Shown: piece after piece, positions 26,796 to 36,822 of the stretch
Layout: every line of letters begins with the position of its first letter
How positions within the stretch are numbered: position 1 is the stretch's first letter
NCBI GenBank assembly: GCA_948907985.1
Contig: CAQWMM010000003.1
Location: 7,173 to 71,172 of the forward strand
Source: an uncultured Bacillota bacterium
GTDB lineage: Bacteria > Bacillota > Dehalobacteriia > UBA4068 > UBA4997
Direction of reading: 5' to 3'
DNA length: 64,000 bases
Made by a program: the position numbers and the translations under genes
Notes under the pieces: model-generated
What the model saw: only the letters and a program-made list of their open reading frames with translations
Databases searched by the model: none
Told to the model about the DNA's origin: nothing

Positions 26796-27725
26796 TTATT
26801 TTAAAAAACCGCTTATAATCTGTTGTTCGGCTTCGGCCTCGGTCAGCCCCAAGGTTTGCAGTTTGAGGATTTGCTCCCCGGCAATTTTGCCGATGGCGGC
26901 CTCGTGAATCAGGCTGGCGTCCAGGTGATTAGCCACAATCTCCGGGATGGCGGATATTTTGGCCTCGTCCATAATGATAGCGTCGCATTCGGAATGGCCG
27001 CTGCAAGGAGCGTTGCCCACGATATTGGAGCAGAAAACCTGTTTGCTCCGCCCGGCTGCAACCGAGCGCGAAGATACGCTGCACGATGCGCCCGCGCCGT
27101 TCATCTCTACATTAAAATGGGTTTCGGCCAGCTGTTGGCCGTGCGTCATAATTTTTTCTTTAACTACTAGGGTGGCGCCGGCCTGTAAAATGGCGTCGGT
27201 GCGGCGGACGGTGGAATCCACGCCTTTGATCTGGACGGTTTCCATTTCCAGATAAGCGCCGGCGGCCAGCTCGGCCACCGTGTGAGGGTTCATAATGCGC
27301 TCGCCGCTGCCTTCGCCCTCGCCGTAATGCTTTTCAATATAGCGCACGCGCGCGCCCTCTTCCAGAAAGAAGCGGTGCAGTCCGTCGTGCTCGGCTTTGG
27401 CGGAGCCGGCGTTGTGGATGCCGCAGCCAGCTACGATTATCACATCGGCCCCGGCTCCCACATAAAAATCATTGTAAACCGTTTCGGTCAGCCCGCTTTC
27501 GCTTAACACCACCGGGATATGGACGCTTTCGTTAACCGTGCCGGGCTTGATATGAATATCAATACCGGGCTTGTCCTCTTTGCTGGTGATTTGAATGTTT
27601 GCTGTGCTGCGCCGGCCGCCGGACTGCCCGTTCAGCCGCAGGTTATAAGCGCCGGCGGGGGTATCGTGCAGGTCGGCTACGGCGGAGAGCAGGTTTTTAG
27701 TGATACTGTCCAGTTGCTTAGTCAT
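26796..27725 (-). CDS. sufD: SufB/SufD-family Fe-S assembly protein (short SufD-like).
   Basis: SufBD beta-helix-like sequence. It starts 2 nt after sufC with an AAGGAGG RBS. Confidence 0.65.
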   Translation of the reverse strand: MTKQLDSITKNLLSAVADLHDTPAGAYNLRLNGQSGGRRSTANIQITSKEDKPGIDIHIKPGTVNESVHIPVVLSESGLTETVYNDFYVGAGADVIIVAGCGIHNAGSAKAEHDGLHRFFLEEGARVRYIEKHYGEGEGSGERIMNPHTVAELAAGAYLEMETVQIKGVDSTVRRTDAILQAGATLVVKEKIMTHGQQLAETHFNVEMNGAGASCSVSSRSVAAGRSKQVFCSNIVGNAPCSGHSECDAIIMDEAKISAIPEIVANHLDASLIHEAAIGKIAGEQILKLQTLGLTEAEAEQQIISGFLK

Positions 27726-28449
27726 TGCGTTGGCCTCCTTTGCAGCTGTATTTGTAATCAATATTGATTAACTGCGGCAAAATTTCCGTACGCGTGCCTT
27801 GGCTGGCAATTTGGCCGCCGGAGAGCAGCACCAGTTCGTCGGCAATAGATAAAATCCGCTCCTGATGAGAGATTACCACAATAGCGGCGGCGCTGTTTTG
27901 CCGCAGATTGTTGAATACGTCAATCAGATTGTTAAAGCTCCAAAGGTCGATACCGGCTTCTGGTTCGTCAAAGATAGCCAGTTTGGTTTGCTCGCTGCGC
28001 GCCAACAGGCCGGCAATCTCGATGCGTTTAAGTTCGCCGCCGGAGAGTTTGCCGTCCACCTCGCGGTTGACGTAATCCCGGGCGCAGAGACCCACCTCGG
28101 ATAGATATTCGCAAACCTGGGCGGTGGTAAGTTTTTTATCAGTTCCGGCGGCCAGTGATATAATATCTGTTACCGTCAGCCCTTTGAAACGCACCGGCTG
28201 CTGAAAGGCAAAGCTAAGCCCCAGCCGGGCGCGCTCGGTGATATTCAGGCCGGTTATGTCCTTGCCGTTTAAGATGATCTGGCCGCTGCTGGGGCGTTCA
28301 ATGCCCATAATCAGCCTGGCAAGCGTGGTTTTGCCGCTGCCGTTGGGGCCGGTGATCACCACAAAACGACCGTCGTTGATGGTCAGACTGATATTGTTCA
28401 AAATATTGCGGTCGGAAGCTTGAAAATAGATATTTTTTAATTCCAGCAT
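27718..28449 (-). CDS. sufC: SufC-like ABC ATPase.
   Basis: Walker A (GPNGSGKTTLA), ABC signature (LSGGELKR) and Walker B (AIFDEPE). Confidence 0.8.
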   Translation of the reverse strand: MLELKNIYFQASDRNILNNISLTINDGRFVVITGPNGSGKTTLARLIMGIERPSSGQIILNGKDITGLNITERARLGLSFAFQQPVRFKGLTVTDIISLAAGTDKKLTTAQVCEYLSEVGLCARDYVNREVDGKLSGGELKRIEIAGLLARSEQTKLAIFDEPEAGIDLWSFNNLIDVFNNLRQNSAAAIVVISHQERILSIADELVLLSGGQIASQGTRTEILPQLINIDYKYSCKGGQRND

Positions 28450-28450
28450 T

Positions 28451-29107
28451 TTAGGCTCCTTTATTCAACCTGTCCCTAAGCAGACGGCAGCCGGGCAGCA
28501 GCAAGCCGCCCAGGGCGTTGCCCAGAGTCATAATCAGCAGCCAAAGCCAGGTGTGGGTTGACCAGCAGCCGGCCATGGCAAAATAAAACATATTGGCGAC
28601 GCAATGTTCAAAACCGCAGAGGATAAACACCGAAACGCCGAAAAACAGCCCCAGATATTTGCCCAGCTCGTGCCCATTGGTGCGGAAACCGTCTACGGCT
28701 ATGTACATCAAAATGTTGCAGAAGACAGCCAGAATAAAAACGCTAAGCGCGGAATCCGCCAGTTTGATTTGGGCCAGAGCGGCGGCTTTTTCGGCAAAAG
28801 CCGGGGCCAGACGCGTCAGCCGCAGCAGCGCGGCGACGGCGCAGGTTCCGGCCAGGTTGCCCAGCCAAACGGTCAGCAGAAAGGGCAGATAAGCGGCGGG
28901 GGGATTTTCCAGCGCATAGCCTACCTTGCCGGTGAAGAGGTTGAAGCCGTTGACGCAGACGGTGAACAGGCCGACGGTGAAGAACAACGCGCCGATGATT
29001 TTGTTATCCAGCGCCAAAAAAACCGCGCCGCCCAGGGCAATCGCCAGGCCGGCCAAAACGGCGTAAATGAAATCGGCCAAAAGGCTGGGGAAATTTTTTT
29101 CTTTCAT
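28451..29107 (-). CDS. Formate/nitrite transporter (FNT) family channel.
   Basis: A six-transmembrane FNT topology with a GFEHCVANMF motif. Its stop lies 2 nt before the sufC start. Confidence 0.8.
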   Translation of the reverse strand: MKEKNFPSLLADFIYAVLAGLAIALGGAVFLALDNKIIGALFFTVGLFTVCVNGFNLFTGKVGYALENPPAAYLPFLLTVWLGNLAGTCAVAALLRLTRLAPAFAEKAAALAQIKLADSALSVFILAVFCNILMYIAVDGFRTNGHELGKYLGLFFGVSVFILCGFEHCVANMFYFAMAGCWSTHTWLWLLIMTLGNALGGLLLPGCRLLRDRLNKGA

Positions 29108-29204
29108 ATTTATATTATCCTTAATATGTTAAGATTATTTAAGATGTAAAATGGATATAAGGCTGTTGAGAAATGTTCAGATTCAAATGAATCGCAAGCG
29201 AGAT

Positions 29205-29233
29205 GAGGAGGCGTACTAATAGTACGTCGACGA
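29205..29233 (-). repeat. Copy 2 (reverse orientation) of the 29 nt palindromic motif, in the FNT-sufCD promoter/leader region.
   Basis: It matches the reverse complement of 4676-4704 at 28 of 29 positions. Local hairpins are nearby (cgacga-ttcgag-tcgtcg; gattca-aa-tgaatc). Confidence 0.6.
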
Positions 29234-29284
29234 TTCGAGTCGTCGCGATGAATTTGAAGATGGGCGTTTATCAACAGTCTTTAT

Positions 29285-29767
29285 TTATTGCCAGTTTTTG
29301 CAGACATTAACCCATTTGAGGCTGCCGCTTAGCTTTTCCAACTCCGCCAGATTAAGGCGCACCGCGCTGTTGCTGCTGCCCGCCGCGGGATAAACGATCT
29401 CAAAGCGGCGCAGCGATTCGTCCAGATAGACGTCAACCCCAGGGTTGACGGCAAAGGGGCATACGCCGCCCACCGCGTGGCCGATCAACTCTTCGGCCTG
29501 GTCGGCGGGAACCATTTTGGCTTTAAAGCCAAATTCCTGTTTGAAACGGGAGTTGTCCACTTTGGCGTCGCCGGCGGCCACCACCAGCAGACAGGCGGCC
29601 TCTGGCCCGGGCTGTAAAAAGGCCAGGCTTTTGGCAATATGGGCCGGCTGGCAGCCTACTGCCTGCGCGGCCAGTTCAACCGTAGCGCTGGCGCCGGGTT
29701 CGCTAAATTCCATAATCCGCTCCGCCATACCCTGGGCCGCCAGATATTGTTTAACTTTTTCCAGCAT
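29285..29767 (-). CDS. ybaK: YbaK/ProX-type aminoacyl-tRNA deacylase.
   Basis: A YbaK editing-domain sequence, 160 aa. Confidence 0.75.
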   Translation of the reverse strand: MLEKVKQYLAAQGMAERIMEFSEPGASATVELAAQAVGCQPAHIAKSLAFLQPGPEAACLLVVAAGDAKVDNSRFKQEFGFKAKMVPADQAEELIGHAVGGVCPFAVNPGVDVYLDESLRRFEIVYPAAGSSNSAVRLNLAELEKLSGSLKWVNVCKNWQ

Positions 29768-29971
29768 AAAAAAGATACCTCCGATCTATTGCCTAGTTTC
29801 TTTATAGGCTAATAATTAATTTTATACATAATTAGATAGTTTGTCAAGCTTTTATTGCTGTTTCCTGATAATTATCTGTTGGAGTGGCGGATATAAATGG
29901 GCCATTTATCAATGTTAAGATAATGTATAAAAAAATTTGTGTCTTTTTGCCATTTATTTAACAAAAAATTG

Positions 29972-30000
29972 TTGTAGCCGCCAGCAAACTGTGATATAAT
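29972..30000 (+). promoter_or_regulatory. glg operon promoter (TTGTAG, 17 bp spacer, TGaTATAAT).
   Basis: An extended -10 with a reasonable -35, ~100 nt upstream of glgB. Confidence 0.55.
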
Positions 30001-30101
30001 GAACTTAGAAAAAATTGTATATTGTGGGCAAGCCCAGGGTGTTGCCGGCCGCGCTTAGATTTGGTTGGCGTGGCTTTAGTTTTATAAGGAGGGGGAGTCT
30101 A

Positions 30102-32009
30102 ATGACTGATCACAGACTAATCTCAGAATCCGAGGCTTTTTTGTATAATCAGGGGACGTATTACCATGCGTATAATACCCTGGGCGCGCATATTATGGAG
30201 GTGGACGGCCAACAGGGCGTAGGCTTTGTGGTGTGGGCCCCCCATGCCTGCCGCGTTAGTTTGGTTGGTGAATTTAACGGCTGGCAGGGCGACGGCTTTG
30301 AGATGAAGCCGCTGACCGGCGGTTTTTGGCAAATCTTTACCACTCGCGCCAAGGCGGGGGATTTGTATAAATACCGCCTGGAAACCGGACAGGGACGGAT
30401 TATTTATAAGGCTGATCCCTTTGCTTTTATGGCCGAGAAAAGGCCGGGGACGGCCTCGCGCGTGGCCGCTTTGAACTATGAATGGCATGACGGAGAATGG
30501 CTGCGCCAGCGGGCCAAAGGCAGCCATTTTGAAAAGCCGCTGAATATTTATGAACTGCATTTGGGCAGCTGGCGGCGCAAGGAGGGCAGCCCGGATAATC
30601 CGGAGGGCTTTTATTCATATCGCGAGCTGGCGGCGGAACTGCCGGCTTATCTCCAGGAGATGGGTTATACACATGTGGAGCTGATGCCGGTTATGGAGCA
30701 CCCCTTTGACGGCTCCTGGGGCTATCAGACGACTGGCTATTTTGCTCCCACCAGCCGTTACGGCAGCCCGCAGGATTTTATGTTTTTGATGGACAGCCTG
30801 CACCAGGCCGGTTTGGGCGTAATTCTGGACTGGGTGCCCGGGCATTTCTGCCGGGATGAGCACGGTTTGGTGCAGTTCGACGGTACCAATCTTTATGAGG
30901 AAGAGGAACATATTGAATGGGGTACCTATAAATTTAATTTCCGCCGCACCGAGGTACGCAGTTTTTTAATCAGCAGCGCCATGTTCTGGCTGGCGATGTA
31001 TCATGCCGACGGCCTGCGCTGCGACGGCGTGAGCAGTATGCTTTATATGAATTACGGTATTGACAATCCGGCGCTTAAACGCTTTAACGAGCAGGGCGGC
31101 GAAGAGAACCTGCCGGCGGTGGCTTTTTTGCAGCAGCTGAACCAGACCATTGGCAGCTATTTCCCGGATGTGTTTACGGTGGCGGAGGAAAGCACCGCCT
31201 GGCCGCTTGTTACCTATCCGCCGGCGGCGGGCGGCCTGGGGTTTCACTACAAATGGGATATGGGCTGGATGAACGACACTCTTAAATATATGTCGATTGA
31301 TTTTCCGGGACGATTTTATAATCACCGGCTGCTGACCTTTTCCATGATGTATGCTTTTAATGAAAATTTTGTGCTGCCGCTCTCGCATGACGAGGTTGTG
31401 CACGGCAAGAAATCGCTTATCGGCCGGATGCCTGGCGATTATTGGCGGCAGTTTGCCAATCTGCGCCTGCTTTATCTGTATCAGATGATGCACAGCGGCG
31501 CTAAGCTGAACTTTATGGGCAATGAGATGGCCCAGTTTATTGAATGGCGTTTCGCCGAGCAGTTGGAGTGGTTTTTGCTGGATTATGAAAAACACGAGCA
31601 ATATCAGCGTTTTGTGGCGAAATTGAATAAGCTTTATTTGCAGGAAACAGCCCTTTGGCGGCAAAATTATAGTTGGGACGGTTTTCAGTGGTTGGAGGCG
31701 GATAATGCCGAGCAGTCGGTGCTGCTGTTCTTGCGCAGCACCAAGCCGATGGAGCGGGCGCGGCGCAGCGACTTTGTTTTGGTGGCCTTGAACTTTCTGC
31801 CGGAAAGTTATCAGGAGTATCAGGTGGGGGTGCCTTTTGCCGGCGATTATCTGGAAATTTTTAACAGCGACGCGCCGGAATTTGGCGGCAGCGGCAAGTT
31901 GAATACAGGCCGGCTGACAGCGGAAAAACAACGGATGCACGGCCAGCCTTATGCTTTGACTTTGCGGGTGCCGCCGCTGGGCGGATTGATTATCAAACCG
32001 GTTAAATAG
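30102..32009 (+). CDS. glgB: 1,4-alpha-glucan branching enzyme (GH13_9).
   Basis: A CBM48 N-terminus plus a GH13 catalytic core. AAGGAGGGGG RBS. Confidence 0.9.
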   Translation: MTDHRLISESEAFLYNQGTYYHAYNTLGAHIMEVDGQQGVGFVVWAPHACRVSLVGEFNGWQGDGFEMKPLTGGFWQIFTTRAKAGDLYKYRLETGQGRIIYKADPFAFMAEKRPGTASRVAALNYEWHDGEWLRQRAKGSHFEKPLNIYELHLGSWRRKEGSPDNPEGFYSYRELAAELPAYLQEMGYTHVELMPVMEHPFDGSWGYQTTGYFAPTSRYGSPQDFMFLMDSLHQAGLGVILDWVPGHFCRDEHGLVQFDGTNLYEEEEHIEWGTYKFNFRRTEVRSFLISSAMFWLAMYHADGLRCDGVSSMLYMNYGIDNPALKRFNEQGGEENLPAVAFLQQLNQTIGSYFPDVFTVAEESTAWPLVTYPPAAGGLGFHYKWDMGWMNDTLKYMSIDFPGRFYNHRLLTFSMMYAFNENFVLPLSHDEVVHGKKSLIGRMPGDYWRQFANLRLLYLYQMMHSGAKLNFMGNEMAQFIEWRFAEQLEWFLLDYEKHEQYQRFVAKLNKLYLQETALWRQNYSWDGFQWLEADNAEQSVLLFLRSTKPMERARRSDFVLVALNFLPESYQEYQVGVPFAGDYLEIFNSDAPEFGGSGKLNTGRLTAEKQRMHGQPYALTLRVPPLGGLIIKPVK

Positions 32010-32048
32010 GTATAATATAAAAGAACTTACAGGGGGGTAATATAGAAA

Positions 32049-34460
32049 ATGTTTAAGAACACAGAGGAATTTATTAAAGAATACCGCAGCGAATTTTTGC
32101 GCTCGGTGGGCGAGTCGTTCGAGGATTGCGACAGTTGGCAGAAGTATTCGGCTTTGGCTAAGCTGATCTGCAACAAGGCGGCGCATCAGTCGGTTTTGAC
32201 ACAGCAGCGTCAGCTTGCCAATAATTCTAAACGGGTTTACTATTTTTCTATGGAGTTTTTAATTGGCCGCCTGCTGAAAAACTATTTGATTAATTTGGGT
32301 ATTGAGGATTTGGTGCGGGAGGGCCTGGCCGAGATGGGCGAGGACCTGGATTATATTTGTGATCAGTGTGTGGCGCCGGGCCTGGGCAACGGCGGCCTGG
32401 GGCGTTTGGCCGCCTGCTTTATGGATTCTCTGGCCAGCCTGGGTTATGCCGGCTATGGCATGGGCCTGCGTTATGACTATGGCCTGTTTAAACAAAAAAT
32501 TGTGGACGGCCGCCAGGTGGAACTGCCGGACGCCTGGTTGGATAAACCTTATCCCTGGGAGATGCGCAACGAAGACGATATGATTGAAGTGCGCCTGGGC
32601 GGCGTGGTGGAACGCCACTATCAGGACGGCAATCTAACCTTTACGCATCACGGCTATAAGGCGGTGGCGGCGATTCCTTATGACCTGCCGATTGTGGGCT
32701 GGGGCGGCAAAACGGTTAACAAACTGCGCCTGTGGCGCGCCAAACCGCTGGTGGAACAATTTGATTTGGAGGCCTTTAACCGGGGCGATTACAGCGCCGC
32801 CATGCGCGACCGCAACGAAATCAGCGCTCTCACCGCCGTGCTTTATCCGGAAGACAGTACCGAGGCCGGCAAGGCCCTGCGTCTGAACCAGGAATATTTC
32901 CTTTCGGCGGCGGGCGTTGGCTCTATTATCCGCCGTTATCGTGAACGCTATGGCAATGAAGCCTGGCAGGATATGCCCAAACGGGTGGCGATTCATATTA
33001 ACGATACGCACCCGGCCCTTTGCGTGCCTGAGATGATGCGGATTCTGATGGACGATATCGGCCTGGGCTGGGACGAGGCCTGGGAGATTACCACCCATAC
33101 TATTTCTTATACCAATCATACGGTGCTGCCGGAGGCCCTGGAAACCTGGCCGATTCCGCTGATGCGGCGCTTGCTGCCCAGAATTTATATGATCGTGGAA
33201 GAGATTGACCGCCGTTTCCGCGAGAGCCTGCAATGGCCAGGCTGGCAGGAACATTTGCGTTCCACCGCTATTCTGTGGGATGAGCGGGTGCGTATGGCTA
33301 ATCTTTCGGTGATTGGCAGCTATTCGGTGAACGGTGTGGCGGCCCTGCACACCGAAATTTTGAAAAACGACGTGATGAAAGACTTCTATAAGCTTTATCC
33401 GGAGCGTTTTAATAATAAAACTAATGGCGTAAGCCACCGCCGTTTTTTGATGGAGGCTAACCCACTGCTGACTAAGCTGATTGACGAGGCTATCGGCGAT
33501 GAATGGCGGGTTACGCCCAGTCTGCTGCAAAACCTGCTGCGTTACGAAAAGGACGAGGCTTTTCTGGAGCGTCTGGCCGGGGTTAAGCTGGCCAACAAGC
33601 AGCGCTTGGCCGATTTTATCAAGCAGGAGAACGGGATTGAGGTTGATCCGCAGTCGGTTTTCGATGTTCACGTCAAACGTATTCATGCCTATAAGCGGCA
33701 GCTGCTGAACGTGTTCAAGATTATGGATTTGTATAATCAGCTGCATGATAACCCCAATCTGGACATTCTGCCGCATACGTTTATTTTTTCCGGCAAGGCG
33801 GCGGCCGGTTATGCTTTCGCCAAAGAGGTTATCCGCCTGATTTGCAGCGTGGCTCAGTTGGTGAACAATGATCCCGTCTGCAAGGATAAAATTAAGGTGG
33901 TGTTTATTGAAAACTTCACCGTTTATAAGGCCCAGCTGATTTATCCTGCCGCCGACATCAGCGAGCAGATTTCTACCGCTGGCAAGGAAGCCAGCGGCAC
34001 GGGCAATATGAAGTTTATGTTTAACGGCGCGGTTACGCTGGGCACTTTGGACGGCGCTAATATTGAGATTCTGGAACAGGTGGGCCGGGAGAATATTTGT
34101 ATTTTCGGCCTGACGGCGGAACAGGTAATGAACTATTATCTGGACGGCAGTTATCTGGCCTTTACCCAGTGCAAGAACGATCTGCGCCTGCAAAGAATCA
34201 CCGAACAGCTGACCAACGGTCATTTTGCCGGCGTGGGCGGCGACTTCTGGGGAGTTTATGATCCTCTGCTGCGCAACAACGACGAATATTTTGTTTTGCG
34301 GGATTTCGATTCTTATGTGGCGGCCTGGAACCGTCTGGGCGAGCTGTATCGCGACGAGCAGCAGTGGCGTCGGGTATCCTTGCGCAACATCGCCAAGGCC
34401 GGCTATTTTAGCAGCGATCGGACGATTGCCGAATACGTTAAGGATATTTGGCATCTTTAA
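32049..34460 (+). CDS. glgP: Glycogen/maltodextrin phosphorylase (GT35).
   Basis: EASGTGNMKFM PLP-site motif. 803 aa. Confidence 0.9.
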   Translation: MFKNTEEFIKEYRSEFLRSVGESFEDCDSWQKYSALAKLICNKAAHQSVLTQQRQLANNSKRVYYFSMEFLIGRLLKNYLINLGIEDLVREGLAEMGEDLDYICDQCVAPGLGNGGLGRLAACFMDSLASLGYAGYGMGLRYDYGLFKQKIVDGRQVELPDAWLDKPYPWEMRNEDDMIEVRLGGVVERHYQDGNLTFTHHGYKAVAAIPYDLPIVGWGGKTVNKLRLWRAKPLVEQFDLEAFNRGDYSAAMRDRNEISALTAVLYPEDSTEAGKALRLNQEYFLSAAGVGSIIRRYRERYGNEAWQDMPKRVAIHINDTHPALCVPEMMRILMDDIGLGWDEAWEITTHTISYTNHTVLPEALETWPIPLMRRLLPRIYMIVEEIDRRFRESLQWPGWQEHLRSTAILWDERVRMANLSVIGSYSVNGVAALHTEILKNDVMKDFYKLYPERFNNKTNGVSHRRFLMEANPLLTKLIDEAIGDEWRVTPSLLQNLLRYEKDEAFLERLAGVKLANKQRLADFIKQENGIEVDPQSVFDVHVKRIHAYKRQLLNVFKIMDLYNQLHDNPNLDILPHTFIFSGKAAAGYAFAKEVIRLICSVAQLVNNDPVCKDKIKVVFIENFTVYKAQLIYPAADISEQISTAGKEASGTGNMKFMFNGAVTLGTLDGANIEILEQVGRENICIFGLTAEQVMNYYLDGSYLAFTQCKNDLRLQRITEQLTNGHFAGVGGDFWGVYDPLLRNNDEYFVLRDFDSYVAAWNRLGELYRDEQQWRRVSLRNIAKAGYFSSDRTIAEYVKDIWHL

Positions 34461-34526
34461 GATAAATATAAAATCCAGGATTAAAGCACGACCAAACACG
34501 ACAAAGCAAGGGTGGAGGTTATAAGT

Positions 34527-35687
34527 ATGCAGAAAAAGGAATGTATCGCTATGCTGCTGGCCGGCGGGCAGGGCAGCCGGCTGGGGGCGCTTACCAGCAA
34601 AATTGCCAAGCCGGCTGTGGCCTTTGGCGGTAAATACCGCATTATTGATTTTAGTTTGAGTAACTGCGTTAATTCTAAGATTGATACGGTGGGGGTGTTG
34701 ATTCAGTACCGGCCGTTGATGTTAAATTCTTATCTGGGCACCGGCGCGCCCTGGGATCTGGATGAGCAGGAGGGCGGTGTTTTCGTTCTGCCGCCTTACG
34801 CCACCCAGGCCGGCGGCGAATGGTACAGCGGCACCGCCGATTCGGTGCTGAAGAATATTGATTTTATCGACAGCTATAACCCGGAGTATGTTTTGATTAT
34901 TTCGGGCGATCATCTCTACACTATGGATTATAACCGGATGTTGGAGTTTCACAAAAAGAATCAGGCGGAGCTTACGGTTTCGGTTATTGAGGTGCCGATT
35001 GAGGAGGCCAGCCGTTTTGGCATTATCACTGCCGGTGAGGACGGGCGGATTGTGAAGTTCTCTGAGAAGCCGGCCCACCCGGACAGCACTTTGGCTTCGA
35101 TGGGAATTTACATATTTGATTGGCCGGTGTTGCGGGCGGCTTTGCAGGCAGACGCTTTGAACCCGGAATCAGAACACGACTTTGGTAAAAATGTAATTCC
35201 CATGCTGCTGGAGGAGCGCCGCCGCCTGTTTGCATATGCCTTTAGCGGCTACTGGCGCGATGTCGGCACGATTGAAAGCTATTATGAGGCGAATATGGCC
35301 CTGCTGGCTGATGACTGCGAGTTTGATATTTTCTCGGAGAACGCCAATATTTACAGCAACGCTAATATCTTTCCGCCGCATTATGTGGGCGAAAAGGGCG
35401 TGGTGCAGAACTCGCTTATCTGCAACGGTTGTATCGTGGAGGGCGAGGTGCGCAATTCGATATTGAGCACCGAGGCTTATGTCGGCCCCGGCGCGAAGGT
35501 GGAAGATTCTATTTTGCTGCCGGGAGCGCGCGTGGAAAGCGGCGCCCGGGTTATGCGGGCGATTGTGGGCGAGCGCGCGGTGATTGAGGTTAACGCTTAC
35601 TTTGGCAGCCTGGACCAAAGCCAGCCTATCGCGGTGATCGGCGATAATGAACATGTTGCAGACGATTTGTGGTCGGGGAGGTATTAA
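34527..35687 (+). CDS. glgC: Glucose-1-phosphate adenylyltransferase.
   Basis: [10 protein letters not shown] nucleotide-binding motif and an LbH C-terminus. Confidence 0.9.
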   Translation: MQKKECIAMLLAGGQGSRLGALTSKIAKPAVAFGGKYRIIDFSLSNCVNSKIDTVGVLIQYRPLMLNSYLGTGAPWDLDEQEGGVFVLPPYATQAGGEWYSGTADSVLKNIDFIDSYNPEYVLIISGDHLYTMDYNRMLEFHKKNQAELTVSVIEVPIEEASRFGIITAGEDGRIVKFSEKPAHPDSTLASMGIYIFDWPVLRAALQADALNPESEHDFGKNVIPMLLEERRRLFAYAFSGYWRDVGTIESYYEANMALLADDCEFDIFSENANIYSNANIFPPHYVGEKGVVQNSLICNGCIVEGEVRNSILSTEAYVGPGAKVEDSILLPGARVESGARVMRAIVGERAVIEVNAYFGSLDQSQPIAVIGDNEHVADDLWSGRY

Positions 35688-35689
35688 GC

Positions 35690-36793
35690 ATGGCGGGCAG
35701 AATTTTTGGTATAATTTCCTGTAATTATAATGATGATAGTTTTGGTCAGCTAACTGCGGTGCGTTCGGTGGCCTCGCTGCCCTTTGGCGGCCGCTATCGT
35801 CTGCTGGATTTTGCAATTTCCAATATGGTAAACTCTGGTATCCGCACCATTGGATTGGTAACTCCTTATCAGTACCGCTCTATTTTGGATCATGTCGGCG
35901 CGGGCAAGGAATGGTCTTTGGACCGCAAGCACGGCGGTTTGTTTCTGCTGCCCGGCTCTATTTATGGCCCTAAGGGGGCGCATTGCAGCTTTATGCTGCG
36001 GGATATTATCAAAAACCAGCCCTATTTGGACCGCGCCAAGGCGGATACGGTTTTAATCTGCGGCAGTTCTAAGGTGTTTAATATGGATTTTCGGCCAATG
36101 TTTGCCGCCCATGAGGCGGCAGGCGGCGGCATCACCATGCTTTATAAAAAGGTCAGTGATTCGGCAGCCCGGGACGCTCTTTATCTGGATTTGGAGGGCG
36201 ATATGGTTAAGAATATGACGCGCGAAACCATCGGCGCGGCCAACTGCTTTATGGACTGCTTTTTGATTGATAAAAAGCTATTGCTCAACTTTGTTGAGTG
36301 GTATCAGAACTTCAGCCATATTGATATGACGGAGATTATGAATGATAATCTGGAAACCCTGCCGATCCATGCTTATCCCTTTGAGGGCTATTTGGGGCAG
36401 GTGAACAGCATTAACGATTATATGCGCTGCTCGCAGGACCTGCTGCGGGCCGAGATCCGGCAGGAATTGTTTGGCGGCCCTGCTAAAATCCGCACTAAAA
36501 TTGAGGATAACCCACCGGCCAAATACAGCGCCGAAGCGGAGGTGCGCAACTCTTTGGTGCCGACTGGCTGCCAGATTGACGGCCTGGTGGAGAACAGTAT
36601 TTTGTTTAGGGGCGTTAAGGTTAAAAAGGGCGCGCAGGTGCGCAACTGCGTAATTATGTCTAAGTGCGTGATTGAAGAGGGCGCTCTGCTGGAGAACGTG
36701 ATTTGTGATAAATTTGTTACAATCAGCAGCGGCAACAAGCTTTCCGGTACGGAGGCCAAACCGTTGGTGATTGGCAAAAACAGCAACATCTAA
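35690..36793 (+). CDS. glgD: GlgD, the regulatory subunit of ADP-glucose pyrophosphorylase.
   Basis: Paralogous to GlgC but lacking the canonical GGxGxR. The gene order glgC-glgD is the Firmicutes pattern. Confidence 0.8.
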   Translation: MAGRIFGIISCNYNDDSFGQLTAVRSVASLPFGGRYRLLDFAISNMVNSGIRTIGLVTPYQYRSILDHVGAGKEWSLDRKHGGLFLLPGSIYGPKGAHCSFMLRDIIKNQPYLDRAKADTVLICGSSKVFNMDFRPMFAAHEAAGGGITMLYKKVSDSAARDALYLDLEGDMVKNMTRETIGAANCFMDCFLIDKKLLLNFVEWYQNFSHIDMTEIMNDNLETLPIHAYPFEGYLGQVNSINDYMRCSQDLLRAEIRQELFGGPAKIRTKIEDNPPAKYSAEAEVRNSLVPTGCQIDGLVENSILFRGVKVKKGAQVRNCVIMSKCVIEEGALLENVICDKFVTISSGNKLSGTEAKPLVIGKNSNI

Positions 36794-36822
36794 ATTTAAT
36801 GTCAAGAAAGGTCAGTTATAAA

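Noticed and set aside
4676-29233. The 29 nt inverted repeats as prophage attL/attR.
   Set aside because: att cores are direct repeats flanking the element. Here the copies are inverted, and one lies inside the late operon between terL and portal.
32634-34499. A 621 aa minus-strand ORF antisense to glgP. Others of the same kind are 30966-32186, 38391-39950, 40152-40964 and 41615-43309.
   Set aside because: They are shadow ORFs opposite clearly conserved enzymes (GlgP, GlgB, GH13-GH77, Pgi). Their composition is junk-like.
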